A stretch of DNA of 64,000 nucleotides from Pirellulales bacterium (GCA_040397585.1 JBBAVS010000004.1:717-64716), one strand, 5' to 3'; counted from the stretch's first letter, positions 36,404-47,300 are shown. Notes: generated by a model not told the origin, from the sequence alone. A program made the numbers and translations.

Positions 36404-37867
36404 ATGACCAGGCGCTCGGAATCAGCAAGGCAACTCTGTTTGCTGGTCATGTCGGTGATGATCTTCTCAACTACTGTCATAAGGAAAGTGGGCGCGCAGC
36501 CAGTTGAAGCTGCTCCGTCATTGCAGCAACGCGGGAAGGCGGCCGTGCCTTCGGCCGACGCCCGGCGGCAGTCAATGGATCGCGTCAAGGAGGTATTTCG
36601 GGAGGAATTCGCCAAGGCAACCACGCTCCCAAAGAAACGTGAGCTTGCCCGCGCCCTATTTGAACAGGCTAAGGGCAGCGGAGTTGTGGCAGATCGATGG
36701 GTCATGCTTGCTGAGGCCATGCGGCTGGCGACCGAGGCAACGGACGCCGACACCGCCCTTGACGCGATGGACGCAATCGGGAGCCAATTCTCACTCCCAG
36801 ACCCTGCCTGGCGGCTCGATGCTCTCACCCGGCTTGCCCCAAGGGCGACTGCCGAGACTGGCCAGAAGATTGCGGCAGCCTGTCTCGAGACGGCCAAGCG
36901 CGCGTTTGCCGCCGAGCAGGACCAAATCGCCCTCAAGGCCGTTGGAGTGGCCCTTGGGATCGCACGCAAGAATCGCGATGAGGACTTATTGGCCCGTGTC
37001 ACCCGATTCCAACAGAGCATTCGGGATCGACAGCGTCTCGAGAAAGAGTTGGAACCGCTGCTACGGGAGGTCGCCGAGTGGCCCACAAACGCTGCCGCCA
37101 ACACCGCGGCGGGAGCCGCGCTTTGCCTCAAGGCAAGCCGCTGGGAAGAGGGGCTGCCTATGCTCGCTCGCGGTGATGATCGTTCGCTGGCTGTCATCGC
37201 CGCAAATGAACTCGCGGAGTCGCACGGCGCGAAAGAGCGCGTTGCGCTCGGCGACCAGTGGTGGGATTGGGCGGAAACGCGAAAGAGTCCGCTTCAAGCC
37301 CTTGCCCAGTCGCGGGCCGTTTACCACTATTCGTTTGCCGTCAATGAACTGCAGGGCTTGGATCGGGTCCGCCTTGAGAAGCGAATTGATGCCATTCAGC
37401 GGCAGTCCGGCGGCACGGGCGAGACCATGTTTCTCGCCGATCTTCCCGAAAAGGAAGTTACTGGCCAGGATTCGTTTACCAAGGGAAACAACACCGCCCG
37501 CGGCGGCAAATTTACTGTTGGTGGCAAGTCGTTCGAAAAAGCTGTCACGGCAACTCCAAAAGGATCTGGCGCGACTTCAGCGGTCAAATACACACTGCCA
37601 ACCGGCAGCCGACGCTGTCGTGGAAAGGTCGCACTTTATCGCCCCGACCATGCAAAACCCGGCGACGAGCCACGAGATCCGGTATTATTCGAAGTTTTCG
37701 TCGATGGAGAGGCCATCTGGCGTTCTCCGCCGCTCAAGAAGCTCGATGATACGGCGTCCTTCGACGTGGATCTCGGAGCGGGGCGAACCCTGGAACTCCG
37801 GATGCACTACCCCGGTTCCAACTGGTGTGCGTGGGGAACGTGGCTCGATCCGGTAATCGTGAAGTGA
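36404..37867 (+). CDS. Secreted protein with an Ala-rich helical N-terminal half and a C-terminal NPCBM-like carbohydrate-binding domain
   Basis: Signal-like LCLLVMSVMIFSTTVIRKVGAQP. The C-terminus reads FLADLPEKEV...FTVGGKSFEKAV...LFEVFVDGEAIWRSPPL...LELRMHYPGSNWCAWGTWLDPVIV. Confidence 0.6.
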   Translation: MTRRSESARQLCLLVMSVMIFSTTVIRKVGAQPVEAAPSLQQRGKAAVPSADARRQSMDRVKEVFREEFAKATTLPKKRELARALFEQAKGSGVVADRWVMLAEAMRLATEATDADTALDAMDAIGSQFSLPDPAWRLDALTRLAPRATAETGQKIAAACLETAKRAFAAEQDQIALKAVGVALGIARKNRDEDLLARVTRFQQSIRDRQRLEKELEPLLREVAEWPTNAAANTAAGAALCLKASRWEEGLPMLARGDDRSLAVIAANELAESHGAKERVALGDQWWDWAETRKSPLQALAQSRAVYHYSFAVNELQGLDRVRLEKRIDAIQRQSGGTGETMFLADLPEKEVTGQDSFTKGNNTARGGKFTVGGKSFEKAVTATPKGSGATSAVKYTLPTGSRRCRGKVALYRPDHAKPGDEPRDPVLFEVFVDGEAIWRSPPLKKLDDTASFDVDLGAGRTLELRMHYPGSNWCAWGTWLDPVIVK

Positions 37868-37896
37868 CGCTGCCGTACGATCGCTGAGCAGGTGGA

Positions 37897-38532
37897 ATGA
37901 AGGCAATTCTTCGTCGAGTTTGGTACCGCTTCCGGTATCCAGGGATCACGGCTTGGTCGGGAGCAACCATCGGCGGCAACGTGCAATATGGTTCTCATGT
38001 GGTGTTGTGCCACCACGCCGCCATTCACGGCGTTGCCATCGGCTCACATGCTTACGTTGGGTCGCACGCCCGCGTTCAGTATGCGACAATCGGTTCGTTC
38101 GTCTCGATCGGTCCGGACGTATGCATCGGGCTCGGTAAGCATCCCGCCCATATGGTCAGTACGTATCCATCTTTCTACGCCTCTCACGCGAGCACCGTCG
38201 TGCACTTGGTAAACGAACCCAAGGTGGCGGAGTATGCAAGGGTCTCCATAGGCAGTGACGTATGGATCGGCGCTAGAGCCATGGTCATGGATGGCGTGCA
38301 CGTCGGTCACGGTGCGGTGGTCGGTGCCGGTGCCGTCGTCACAAAGGACGTCGAACCCTATGCAATCGTGGGTGGTGTTCCCGCGAGACTGCTGCGTTAT
38401 CGGTTCCCGCCAGACGTCATTGCCAGCTTGCTGGAGATCGAATGGTGGCGTTGGCCGTATCAGCAGATCCAGCAGCGTGCCGCGGACTTCGCGGACGTAA
38501 AGCGATTCATTGAGAAATATCGGAGTTCGTAG
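37897..38532 (+). CDS. Hexapeptide-repeat acetyltransferase of the xenobiotic (CatB/Vat-like) class
   Basis: [49 protein letters not shown], followed by EIEWWRWP. Confidence 0.8.
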   Translation: MKAILRRVWYRFRYPGITAWSGATIGGNVQYGSHVVLCHHAAIHGVAIGSHAYVGSHARVQYATIGSFVSIGPDVCIGLGKHPAHMVSTYPSFYASHASTVVHLVNEPKVAEYARVSIGSDVWIGARAMVMDGVHVGHGAVVGAGAVVTKDVEPYAIVGGVPARLLRYRFPPDVIASLLEIEWWRWPYQQIQQRAADFADVKRFIEKYRSS

Positions 38533-38623
38533 AGCAAGTGGTGATCACTATCCGACTCGACGGCATTTTTTCACCGAGCCAGCCGATAATCTGGGCCCAT
38601 TGCTTTCCAGTGGAGTTGATTTC

Positions 38624-39415
38624 ATGAGTGGACGAGCAGCATGGATCGCGACGGTGAAGCGATTTCTTCGTCATCGCGGAATCCTTCTGGACCGCTATAC
38701 CTGCAGCACTTCGGCAGACCTGCGTCTTGTGCGCATGCTTAAGGCAAATGGCATCGATGTCGTGTTGGACGTCGGCGCGAACGAGGGAGGATACGCCTCT
38801 GCTTTGCGCGAGGCCGGATACTGCAACAAGATCCTGTCGTTCGAGCCTTTATCGCCCGCGTACGCGAAACTCGAGGTCGCTTCGGCGAGGGACGAATCCT
38901 GGATTGCAGCGCCTCGCATGGCCTTGGGGGATCACGACGGGAAGGTGACGATCAACGTCGCAGGAAACTCGGCGAGCAGCTCGATTCTTCCTATGACCGC
39001 CCGCCACAAGGCCGCAGCACCCGAGTCCGCCTATGTCGGATCCGAGGCAATCGAGGTCCGGAGACTAGACGGCGTGTGTCATCCATTTCTGGATACCGCG
39101 ACGGCACCTTTCCTGAAGATCGACACGCAAGGATACGAGAACCAAGTACTGGCAGGAGCATCAACGCTGTTGCCACGGCTACGGGGTGTACAGTTAGAAC
39201 TTTCACTGCACCAGCTTTACGAGGGTCAAAAGCTGTGGCACGAAATGATTGCGATATTGGAGGGCAGCGGATTCGAGCTCTGGGCCTTGGTGCCCGGGTT
39301 CTTCGACCCGCGCAGCGGGCGGATGCTTCAGTGCGACGCCATCTTCTTTCGCCCTCCAAGGGCGGCCACCCCGCCAGATGGGCAGGCCAGTGCAGTCCTG
39401 CCTCTTGGGAGTTAG
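38624..39415 (+). CDS. FkbM-family methyltransferase
   Basis: VVLDVGANEGGYASAL, SFEPLSPAYAKL, and FLKIDTQGYE. Confidence 0.8.
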   Translation: MSGRAAWIATVKRFLRHRGILLDRYTCSTSADLRLVRMLKANGIDVVLDVGANEGGYASALREAGYCNKILSFEPLSPAYAKLEVASARDESWIAAPRMALGDHDGKVTINVAGNSASSSILPMTARHKAAAPESAYVGSEAIEVRRLDGVCHPFLDTATAPFLKIDTQGYENQVLAGASTLLPRLRGVQLELSLHQLYEGQKLWHEMIAILEGSGFELWALVPGFFDPRSGRMLQCDAIFFRPPRAATPPDGQASAVLPLGS

Positions 39416-39463
39416 ACTGCATGCGGTGTCGGTCATTGTCCGGAATTCTGCATTTCCGAGTTT

Positions 39464-40420
39464 ATGAGTCTGCATATCGTCACCGGAGCCGCTGGCTTCA
39501 TCGGCAGCCATCTAACGGACGCGCTTCTGGCGCGTAAGGCGCGGGTGATCGGGATCGACGACTTATCGCTCGGCACCCGCCGGAATCTTGAGCCTGCACT
39601 GGCCAACGCGGATTTTTCACTGCTCGTTGAGGATCTCAACGCGAGCGATAACGTCTTGAGCCGGCTAGATACCGCCCTTGACGGTGCAGTGGTTGACACG
39701 CTCTGGCATCTGGCTGCCAACTCCGATATCCAAGCAGGGGTGGCTGACGCAGACGTCGACCTGAAACGGACGTTCCTGACGACATACTCCGCGCTTCGGC
39801 TCTGCCGACGATTCAGCATCAGGAGGGTGGTGTTCGCCTCCACGTCGGCAGTCTACGGGGAGCTGCCGGGACGACTCACGGAGGATGCCGGACCGCTTTT
39901 TCCGATTTCAAACTACGGGGCCATGAAGCTGGCGTCCGAAGCGACCCTCAGTGCCGCGCTCACCGATGTACTCGAATGGCTGGCGATCGTGCGATTTCCA
40001 AACGTAGTGGGATCGCGATCCACGCACGGAGCCCTGCACGATTTCATCGCCAAGCTTCGGGCGACGCCCGAGCGGCTCGTTGTGCTGGGAGACGGCACGC
40101 AGCAAAAGCCCTACCTTCACGTCGCTGATCTCGTCCGGGCATTGCTCTACATCAGGGATCATGCGCCGGAGCGCATCGCCTACTACAACGTTGGTGACGG
40201 AAGGACCTCTACGAGCGTTGCTGAGATTGCCCGGATCGTGATCAATCGGGTGAGCCCAAAAGCCGAAATCGCCTACACCGGGGGGAGCCGGGGCTGGGCA
40301 GGGGACGTTCCCTGCTTTCAGTACGACACGGGTAAAATTGAAGGCCTCGGCTGGCGGCCCACGATGTCGTCAACCGAAGCGATCTCCCGCGCGGTGGATG
40401 AACTGGAGGCCGCGCGATGA
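39464..40420 (+). CDS. NAD-dependent nucleotide-sugar epimerase/dehydratase (extended SDR)
   Basis: IVTGAAGFIGSHLTDALL, ASTSAVYG, and YGAMKLASE (YxxxK). Confidence 0.85.
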   Translation: MSLHIVTGAAGFIGSHLTDALLARKARVIGIDDLSLGTRRNLEPALANADFSLLVEDLNASDNVLSRLDTALDGAVVDTLWHLAANSDIQAGVADADVDLKRTFLTTYSALRLCRRFSIRRVVFASTSAVYGELPGRLTEDAGPLFPISNYGAMKLASEATLSAALTDVLEWLAIVRFPNVVGSRSTHGALHDFIAKLRATPERLVVLGDGTQQKPYLHVADLVRALLYIRDHAPERIAYYNVGDGRTSTSVAEIARIVINRVSPKAEIAYTGGSRGWAGDVPCFQYDTGKIEGLGWRPTMSSTEAISRAVDELEAAR

Positions 40421-42018
40421 GCACTGTCGTCGAAGCATCGTGTCAGTTGGTTATTCTTGCTGGCGGATTTGGCACCAGGCTCGCGGCGTTGACCGGTGGA
40501 CTGCCCAAAGCGCTCGTGCCGGTGGCCGGGAAGGCAGTGCTCGAGCGACAGGTGGAACTCGCGTCGCAGTATGGCTTGAAGCGCGTGCTGTTGCTGCTCG
40601 GGTATGGCTCCGACGAGATCATCCGCTGGACGCGGGACTGGATCGGCACGGAGACGGATTTCGCCTGGCAGATCGAGCTGGAACCGCGGGGTACCGGAGG
40701 CGCGCTGGTCGATGCCCTGCCGCTGCTCGACGAGCGCTTCGTCCTGTTTTTTGCGGATCAACTGATCGATTTCAACGTCGCCCGACTTGTTCAGCATCAT
40801 GAGCAGGCACGGAACGACGTGACGGTTGTCGTGCACCCCAATGATCACCCGCATGATTCGGATCTCTTGGAGGTTGGCACGGACGGCAGGGTGACGGCCC
40901 TGCATCGTCCCCCTCATGGTGCGCGGCTTCTGCGGAACACCGTGAACGCCGCGACGTACGTCATTGAGCGTCGCAGCCTCGAATCGCTTGTGGTTCCAGC
41001 CGGCGCCAAGGCTGATTTGGCGAGAGACCTGCTGCCGACCATGATTTCCCGGGGAACGCGGGTCGGTGCGTATCGCAGCCGGGAGTACCTCAAGGATATG
41101 GGCACTCCCGAGCGACTAGCCAAGGTCGAAGCCGACCTGGCGGCCGGGGTGGTGGCGAGCCGCCGGGGCGACTGCGCCATGCCGGCGATCCTCTTGGATC
41201 GCGACGGCACCGTGAACGTTGAGAAGGGTCGCATCGCACGTCCGCACGACATCGAGTTGACGGAGGGCATTGCGGCCGCGATCAAACGGGCACATGCGGC
41301 CGGCTTCCTGGCGGCAATCGTGACGAATCAGCCCGTCATCGCCAGGGGCGACTGCACGTTCTCGGAACTTGACGAGATCCATGGGCGGCTGGAGATGCTG
41401 TTAGCAGCGTCGCACGCCTACGTCGACGGCATCTACGTTTGTCCGCACCATCCAGATAGCGGCTTTGAGGGTGAGGTGCCGGAGTTGAAGGGGCCGTGCC
41501 GCTGCCGCAAGCCGAACACCGGACTTGTGGAAGATGCGGCGCGGGACCTCAACCTCGACATGGCGCGCTCGTGGCTGATCGGTGATTCATCCACCGATGT
41601 TGCCTGTGCCCTGGCTGCCGGACTTTTTCCGGTGTTGGTCTCCACCGGGCACGCCGGAACGGACGGACGGCACGCGATCGATGCCGCGCTGCGCTTTGAC
41701 TCCGCAGCGCAGGCCATCGATTTCATCGTCGATGCGTTTCCAGAGTTATGGCAGCGCTGCTCGGCGGCGATCGAGTGCGCCGATGCAGACGCAACGATCA
41801 CGGCGTTTGGCGATTCGATTGAGGCAGCGAATAATCTGGCGCGGCTGGCCGCGATCAGAGCGGCCAGAGCGGGAAGGCAGGTGTCGCTCCGGCTCATCTC
41901 CGCCGGCGGTGATGCCAGTGAAGGCCATCTTCACGACGGCATCCCAGTCGGCACGGTGATCAAGGCGGCGGTGGCATCGGACGCGATTGAGAACAATGAA
42001 GTGGTTTTGGCGACATGA
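40417..42018 (+). CDS. Fusion of a sugar-1-phosphate nucleotidyltransferase (HddC-like) to D,D-heptose 1,7-bisphosphate phosphatase (GmhB), plus a ~90-aa unknown tail
   Basis: N-terminal domain: ILAGGFGTRL...EPRGTGGAL. HAD/GmhB domain: ILLDRDGTVN, VTNQPVIARG, CPHHPD...CRCRKPNTGL, and IGDSSTDV. ATGA overlaps at both ends. Confidence 0.82.
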   Translation: MSTVVEASCQLVILAGGFGTRLAALTGGLPKALVPVAGKAVLERQVELASQYGLKRVLLLLGYGSDEIIRWTRDWIGTETDFAWQIELEPRGTGGALVDALPLLDERFVLFFADQLIDFNVARLVQHHEQARNDVTVVVHPNDHPHDSDLLEVGTDGRVTALHRPPHGARLLRNTVNAATYVIERRSLESLVVPAGAKADLARDLLPTMISRGTRVGAYRSREYLKDMGTPERLAKVEADLAAGVVASRRGDCAMPAILLDRDGTVNVEKGRIARPHDIELTEGIAAAIKRAHAAGFLAAIVTNQPVIARGDCTFSELDEIHGRLEMLLAASHAYVDGIYVCPHHPDSGFEGEVPELKGPCRCRKPNTGLVEDAARDLNLDMARSWLIGDSSTDVACALAAGLFPVLVSTGHAGTDGRHAIDAALRFDSAAQAIDFIVDAFPELWQRCSAAIECADADATITAFGDSIEAANNLARLAAIRAARAGRQVSLRLISAGGDASEGHLHDGIPVGTVIKAAVASDAIENNEVVLAT

Positions 42019-42995
42019 TTATCAGCAAAACACCATTGCGCATGAGTTTCGTCGGCGGGGGGTCCGATCTGCCGGCGTTCTATCGGGAGCACGGGGGCGC
42101 CGTGCTCTCCACCGCCATCGACAAGTACATCTACGTCACCGTCAACAAGCGGTTCGACGACTCGTTCCGGGTCAGCTATTCCCGGACCGAGGAGGTGGCG
42201 ACCGCCGCGGAAGTCCAGCATCCGCTCGCGAGGGAGTGCCTGACGTTGGTGGGATTTACCGGCGGAGTCGAGGTGACTTCGATTGCCGACATTCCGGCGA
42301 AGGGAACCGGGCTCGGCTCGAGCAGTTCGTTCGTCGTAGGCATGCTGCGGGCCCTGTATGCGTACACGGGGAGGTTCGTTTCCGCAGCCACGATCGCGAA
42401 GGAGGCCTGCGAGATCGAGATTGAGCGTTGCGGCGAGCCGATCGGCAAACAGGATCAGTATGCGGCCGCTTTTGGAGGCCTCAACGTGATCCGGTTCCAT
42501 CCAGATGGGAGCGTCGACGTGGAGCCGGTGATCTGTCCCATGGACGTCATCGCCAAGCTCCAGGCGCAACTCCTCACCTTCTACACGGGCGGAACTCGAA
42601 GCGCTTCGGCACTGCTCGCCGAGCAGTCCCGAAGCGTGGCCGGTGACACCGCCAAGCAGGCGGCGCTGCGGACGATGGTTTCGCTCGTGGGAGACGCCAG
42701 GAGGGCGCTGCAGGACGGGGATTTGGACGGATTCGGGGAGATCCTCCACGAGAACTGGCGACTCAAGGCTTCTCTCGCTCGCGAGATATCGAACTCCCAG
42801 ATCGACGACTGGTATCGCCGGGCGAGGTCGGCGGGAGCCATCGGAGGTAAACTACTCGGAGCTGGCGGCAGCGGCTTCCTGCTGATTCAGGTGCCGCAGG
42901 AGCGCCGCGAGGATGTCGTCAAAGCCTTGGCAGAACTCCGCCCCGTCCCGATGGGGTTCGAGCGCAGCGGTAGCCAGATCATTTTCTGTCATTGA
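42015..42995 (+). CDS. hddA: D-glycero-alpha-D-manno-heptose 7-phosphate kinase (GHMP family)
   Basis: MIISKTPLRMSFVGGGSDLPAFY, the GHMP motif PAKGTGLGSSSSFVVG, and KLLGAGGSGFLL. Confidence 0.82.
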   Translation: MIISKTPLRMSFVGGGSDLPAFYREHGGAVLSTAIDKYIYVTVNKRFDDSFRVSYSRTEEVATAAEVQHPLARECLTLVGFTGGVEVTSIADIPAKGTGLGSSSSFVVGMLRALYAYTGRFVSAATIAKEACEIEIERCGEPIGKQDQYAAAFGGLNVIRFHPDGSVDVEPVICPMDVIAKLQAQLLTFYTGGTRSASALLAEQSRSVAGDTAKQAALRTMVSLVGDARRALQDGDLDGFGEILHENWRLKASLAREISNSQIDDWYRRARSAGAIGGKLLGAGGSGFLLIQVPQERREDVVKALAELRPVPMGFERSGSQIIFCH

Positions 42996-43014
42996 ACGCG
43001 GATCGTAGTGCACG

Positions 43015-44346
43015 ATGACCGTTGAGCCACGGAAGGACTCCGACGCCCGAGTGCCGCACCGCGGGCGGCTGAACGTGCTGATCGTTGCGTCCATGTGCCA
43101 CCCTGATCGGGGGTCCGAACCGGGGCTCGGCTGGAAGTGGTCCACGCAGATCGCTCGCCACCATGACGTGACGGTCATCGTCGGCGAGTATGAGGAAAAT
43201 CGTGCGGCCATAGCCCGCGAGTTGGCCTCAAACCCGCAACTGGCCTCGGCGATGAAGTTTGAGTTCGTGCCGTGGTTCGAAGTGTCGCAAGGACGCTGGC
43301 AACGTGCCTTCGCGAGCGTGTATCAGCCGCTGTATTACGCGTGGTACGAGCAGTGGATGCGGAGGGCGCAGAAAGTGGCCGAGGGCCTCCTCACAGGTGG
43401 ACGGAGGTTCGATATCGCGCATCAGCTCACCATGATCGGATTTCGTGAGCCCGGCTTCTTGCAGGAGTTGCCGATTCCTTTCGTGTGGGGACCGGTCGGT
43501 GGCACGCAGAACGTGCCTTGGCGGCTCCTGCCGGCGCTTGGGGCAGTCGAGGGAACGCGGCACGGTTGCAGGAACGTGATCAACGAATGGCAGAAGCGTC
43601 GTCATCGTCGTTCCCGGGAGGCCTTTCAGCGTGCTGCAGCGATCATCGCCGTAGCAACTGACACGCAGCAAGAGATTCGTCGCCATCACGGAGTCGACAG
43701 TCGGGTCATCGCCGCGGCACTCTGTGAGCCAGGTCACCCCCGGAGCCGCGTTCGCAAGCCCCATGACGGACCGACACGTTTTGTGTTCACGGGCCTGCAT
43801 CTGTCGCGAAAGGGTCTGCCGTTCGCGCTTCGCGCACTGGCGAGGCTTCCGAAAGATATTGACTGGACTCTCGACGTAATGGGATCTGGTCCGCAATCGA
43901 CATCGTGGAAACGCCTGACCGATCGCCTGGGGTTGACGAAGCGAGTGACTTTTCACGGCTATGCGTCGCGCGAGAAACTCATGGACGTGCTTGATGGCGG
44001 CGACGTGTACCTGTTTCCGTCGCTTCTCGAGGGCTGGCCTGCGGCCATCGCCGAGGCATTGACCCTCGGCCTGCCGGTCGTGACGACCGATCTGCACGGC
44101 ATGAGTGACATGGTGACGGACGAGTGCGGGCGGCTTGTTTCAGCGACGTCGCCGGCGCGGCTGGTGAGCGGATTCGCCGACGCATGCATGGAGTTGGCTC
44201 GGAGTCCGGATTTGGTCGAGAGATTGTCACGCGGGGCCCTCCAGCGGGCGGAAGTCTTCGGGTCGGATGTGCAGGTGCCGCTCATCCTCGAAACCTACGA
44301 GGCGGCCCTCGCCGCCGCGAGACCACGGGCCGTCGCGTCGCCATGA
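43015..44346 (+). CDS. Glycosyltransferase family 1
   Basis: FTGLHLSRKGLPFALRALA and FPSLLEGWPAAIAEALTLGLPVVTTD. Confidence 0.82.
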   Translation: MTVEPRKDSDARVPHRGRLNVLIVASMCHPDRGSEPGLGWKWSTQIARHHDVTVIVGEYEENRAAIARELASNPQLASAMKFEFVPWFEVSQGRWQRAFASVYQPLYYAWYEQWMRRAQKVAEGLLTGGRRFDIAHQLTMIGFREPGFLQELPIPFVWGPVGGTQNVPWRLLPALGAVEGTRHGCRNVINEWQKRRHRRSREAFQRAAAIIAVATDTQQEIRRHHGVDSRVIAAALCEPGHPRSRVRKPHDGPTRFVFTGLHLSRKGLPFALRALARLPKDIDWTLDVMGSGPQSTSWKRLTDRLGLTKRVTFHGYASREKLMDVLDGGDVYLFPSLLEGWPAAIAEALTLGLPVVTTDLHGMSDMVTDECGRLVSATSPARLVSGFADACMELARSPDLVERLSRGALQRAEVFGSDVQVPLILETYEAALAAARPRAVASP

Positions 44347-47300
44347 ATCGTCTGCGGCTGGGACGCACGCTGGTGTGGGCATGGGCCATCCTCTTGCTGG
44401 GAGGCGTGCTTGGCTCGGCGTGGGGTGCCGAGGGCTTTCCTGATCCAAACCCGGTCTTCGAGGGCGGGACGGTCGGGCGACGGCGGCCGGAGTTGGTGGT
44501 GGACAGGGGGGCTCGTGACGCGCCGAACGACCAGCGGGAAGTGCTCGTGGAAAAGCCTTCACTTCGCGTCGGCAATAAGGTGGTTGCCGTGCGCTGGAGC
44601 GAACGGGCGGGAGGATCACCGGAAGACCACGTGATAAGCATCGTGGTCGATCGTGAGACGGTCGGGCGCATCGTCTTCTGGGGCGATGACGGAGCAGGAA
44701 ACTACGGTTATCCCTTCAAGGAACTGGGGCACTCGAAGCCGTCGCTGCAATACGACGAAGCGGCAGAGTCAATCACGTACAAGAAACCCTACCGTGCGCG
44801 GTCCGGCCAGGAAGCCGTGTTTTCCTACACGCTCCGAGCAGTCGGCGACAGCCGGGTGGAACTCTCGTGGACGCTCGGTCGCACCGAGGAAGACCTCGCA
44901 GCCAACCCTCAGCCGGGCGGCTTAGGACTATGGATGTCGTTTCCACGATACCGCGATGTCCGCGTCGATGTCGGCGGCAAACGGCTGGTGCCCGCTGATG
45001 TTCGTGAACTCCGCGAACTGAAAAGCATTTCTCATGCGGCCGCTGGATCGCTCGACTATGCCACGGATGATCCGCCCAAGGGATTCCGTGTCGAGGGGGA
45101 CGGGCTCAAGGGTGATCTTCGTGAGACGCTGGAGGAGTTGCCCGGCGGGGAGGCACGTTACCTGCTCGAATATCGCGTCGGCTATCCAGGGCAAGAAGCT
45201 GAGAACCGGCTCGTCATTGACCTTGGAGAAGCCGCATTCCAATCGCAAGACGTTCCGGCTCCGGTAGGTGGGCTTGATTTCTGGGCGGTTGATGCCACGC
45301 ACGTGCCGCGGTCGCCGGTGCGAAACGTGATGCCAAACCCGAGTTTCGAGCAAGGTCTGCGGTACTGGACGTGGATGGACGGAGGTGCCCGCTACGAGCC
45401 TTCTACGAAACCGCGATATGAGGTCGTTCCCGAGGGATGCGTCGGGCCGAGCGCCTTGCTCATCCGGGAAGCTCAGCCAGATTCCGCAGGGATGGTGAGT
45501 TTTCCGGTGCCGTTGGAGCATGGAGAGGTCTACACACTCAGCTTTCATGCCCGGGCAAACGCGGATAGCAAACTGGTCGTTTCGCTTCTCAGCGCTGGCA
45601 AGGCAGGGAAATTCAACTCGCCGAGGGGGCCTTGGGGCGACGTCGAAAACCCCGACGCATCATTCACGATCGGCAGGCAGTGGCGCCGCTACTCCCGGAC
45701 GTTCAAGGCCGACGTCGCGGGCATCCGGGTTGGCATCATGGCCACGCGCACCACCCTGATTGATGGCATCCAGTTGGAGAAGGGGCAGGCAGCGACCGAT
45801 TTCGTGGGGCCGCCCCTTGATGGGTTCCTGACGACCGCCGACCCCGACAACGCCTTGGCCGTTGGGCAGCCAGTTGCGGCGGCCTTCACTTGCACGGGTC
45901 TGCCTGGCACACGCGGTGTCATCGTGCTTGCCGCGAAGAATGCGTTTGGTGAACTCGTCTATCAAGGCCGGGGCCGGATCGTGCTCGGACGCTCCGGCGT
46001 TCAGAGTGTCCCGTTGCCGATCGACGGCAAGCGACTCGGTGAAGGTGTGTTCGTAGTCCAGGCCACCTACGAGATGCCCGACTCGTCGACGTACGTTGAC
46101 TACCACCGGTTTTCTATCATCCGGCCCCTTTCGAATCAGCATGCCACCAAGGATCTGTGCGGGACCATCGGGCTCTATGACAGGATCAGTCGGGGCGAAG
46201 ACCTGGCCCGCCGCCTGATGGAGTGGGGTTTTGGGTCCACAAGCTGGGGGTATGACGCCGATCAGCCGGGCGAGCGGGTGCGCCTCGAGGAGAAGTATCG
46301 AATCACGAATGTGGCCAATGTCCTCGAAACGAAGGACTCGGTCGCGCAGGGCTACATGGAGTGGCAGACTGTCAGCGATGATTTGGAGCGGCGGATCGAG
46401 GATGCGGCTTACCGACACGCCCGCCGCTACGATCCGCGCCGCGACAGGGTGTGGGCCTTTGGCAACGAGGAAGAGGGTTCGTATCTGGTGAGCCATGGTC
46501 TCTTCGAGGAGCATTTGAGGGCACAGTTGGCTACCGCACGAGGGGTTTTGCGAGCCATTCCGAACGCCATCATGCTGCCGACGTGCGGCACGTCGGGCTA
46601 CTCGCGGCTTCGCGGCTATGACGCCATGGAGGGGTATTTGAAGGCGGCCACGCATGCGGGGTGGCGATACGGGGGCATCGCCGTGCACCCTTATGGCAGC
46701 ATCGACGGCGGGACGCTCTCGATGCATGATCTGGACGAAGAGACGGCGCGGCTGCTGGAACAGATGAGGCGTTTTGGGTATGGCCCCGAGACGCCGATCT
46801 TCTACACGGAAATGTTCAACGTGCCGGAGACGTACATGCCGGCCTGGAAGGCTGACACGTGCTACGACGATTACGGTGCCGGCAAACCGACCTATGACTT
46901 CGGGAATCGGGAGTTCCTGCAGGCGGCTTCCGCGGCACGAGCAATCGTCATCATGGCAAAATACTGGCCGCAACTCAGGTCGGCCAATCTATGGGTTTCC
47001 AAGCCGTTCATGGACATGCGGTTGACGCCCCTCTTGCTCTGCAAGGCGATCAACACCCTCGGGTGGCAGATGAGCGAGGTGCGGCACCTCGCGGACATCA
47101 AGCCGAGTCCAAAGATTCGCGGCTATGTGTTCGAGCGTCCCGACGGAACTGGCGTTGCTGCCGTGTGGTGCATCGACCGTGATGTCGAACGAGGTTTCAG
47201 GCGCGGGCCGAGGATCCGTGTGCCCTTCAGTCAGCGCGTCAGCTTTCGAGACTTCATGGGATGTGAGCGAGACGCGGAAGCGGCGCAGGACGGATTCATC

